A DNA stretch of 63,273 bases, counting the filler, from Rhabdomonas costata (lineage: Eukaryota), in the NCBI GenBank assembly GCA_019059605.1. It is 38 parts of 38 records of this genome, joined end to end, with 100 filler letters (N's around TTAATTAATTAA, not from the genome) between each part and the next. Parts side by side here need not be neighbours in the genome. Positions count along the whole stretch, not along the records: positions 61,707 to 63,273 come from JAHMHO010012898.1; 37 more parts are not named here. One strand, given 5' to 3'. This document shows positions 62,792 through 63,273 of this stretch, piece by piece. How positions within the stretch are numbered: position 1 is the stretch's first letter; every line of letters begins with the position of its first letter. Under the pieces are notes generated by a model that ran no database searches, was not told the origin of the DNA, and saw only the letters and a list, made by a program, of their open reading frames with translations. Position numbers and translations under genes: made by a program.

Positions 62792-62854
62792 GTTCCCGTG
62801 ATGAGGGGTTCCGCATGTGAATCTTGCGCTGGTCCGCTTGAGAGTCTGAGGAAC
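62792..62854 (+). ncRNA. Box C/D snoRNA candidate
   Basis: GTGATGA 62798-62804 and CTGA 62846-62849, closed by a gttcc/ggaac stem in canonical kink-turn geometry; no clear C'/D' pair. Confidence 0.4.
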
Positions 62855-63273
62855 CGGATTCAAGCATCGGTGCAGCGGGAGCGGTCATGGGTGGAGCGCC
62901 ATGCTATTTTCTTGTTCTGGTTCGCAGGAAAGTGCGCAGCAACCTGTTGGCTTTCCTGGCGAAGGTGTGTATGTGTGTAGTGGCTCCTCCATAAGGGCAC
63001 TCCCACACATAGAGAGACAGCGACATCACGTAGCTCCGCACTGTCATCCGTTTTATTGGCGGGCACTCCCCACATTCCCATTAGAGCCCTCAAGAAACAA
63101 AAGAAAGCTGGACATGTCGAAGCGAAAGGCTTTGAGACTGCAGCTTGGATCACCCGAACATTCGGGAAACAGCTTGAACTGGTTTACACCATGAGGCCTT
63201 TCCCTTTCCTAATTCCCCTGCATGTTCGAACGGTAACACCCTTTCACCTCTAACTTTAGCATGGGCATACTGC

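Noticed and set aside
1-63273. Multi-gene system from co-occurrence of RNA ligase, RNase, methyltransferase and snoRNAs
   Set aside because: They lie on separate contigs ordered by length; adjacency carries no information.

Overview
This window is not contiguous DNA. It is 38 unrelated contigs of near-identical length (about 1560-1576 bp, apparently size-sorted) joined by an artificial 100-nt linker (N44-TTAATTAATTAA-N44, stops in all six frames), so neighbourhood across linkers means nothing and many ORF-track entries are spurious. The source is an intron-rich, flagellated eukaryote: CFAP61, IFT144/WDR19 and a WDR49-like gene are present. Short GC3-rich exons, very degenerate GT donors, GC-AG introns and a non-GT/AG intron candidate fit a euglenozoan, probably a euglenid; this is inference. 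G/T-only contig starts, A/C-only contig ends and contig-end fold-backs point to whole-genome amplification. By manual splicing I recognise fragments of CFAP61, MIF4G, RNB/Dss1-like, TRM7/FTSJ1, ankyrin, UBX, FG-GAP, sphingosine kinase, WDR19, WDR49-like, zf-CW+ARID, class III cyclase, DAP-decarboxylase-like, LRR, C2, permuted NlpC/P60 and UVRAG genes, plus decayed Ty3/gypsy and non-LTR retroelements. The most interesting signals are: (1) a 249-nt insertion in an LRR gene with no usable GT-AG, self-complementary ends and a 4-nt junction repeat, whose removal restores the LRR register (nonconventional intron or MITE); (2) two paralogous box C/D snoRNA candidates sharing one guide, plus a third candidate; (3) a short DRB0094/Rnl5-type RNA ligase start; and (4) a bacterial-type DAP decarboxylase with introns. 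No multi-gene system can be shown from these fragments. Family calls are from motif recognition, not database searches.
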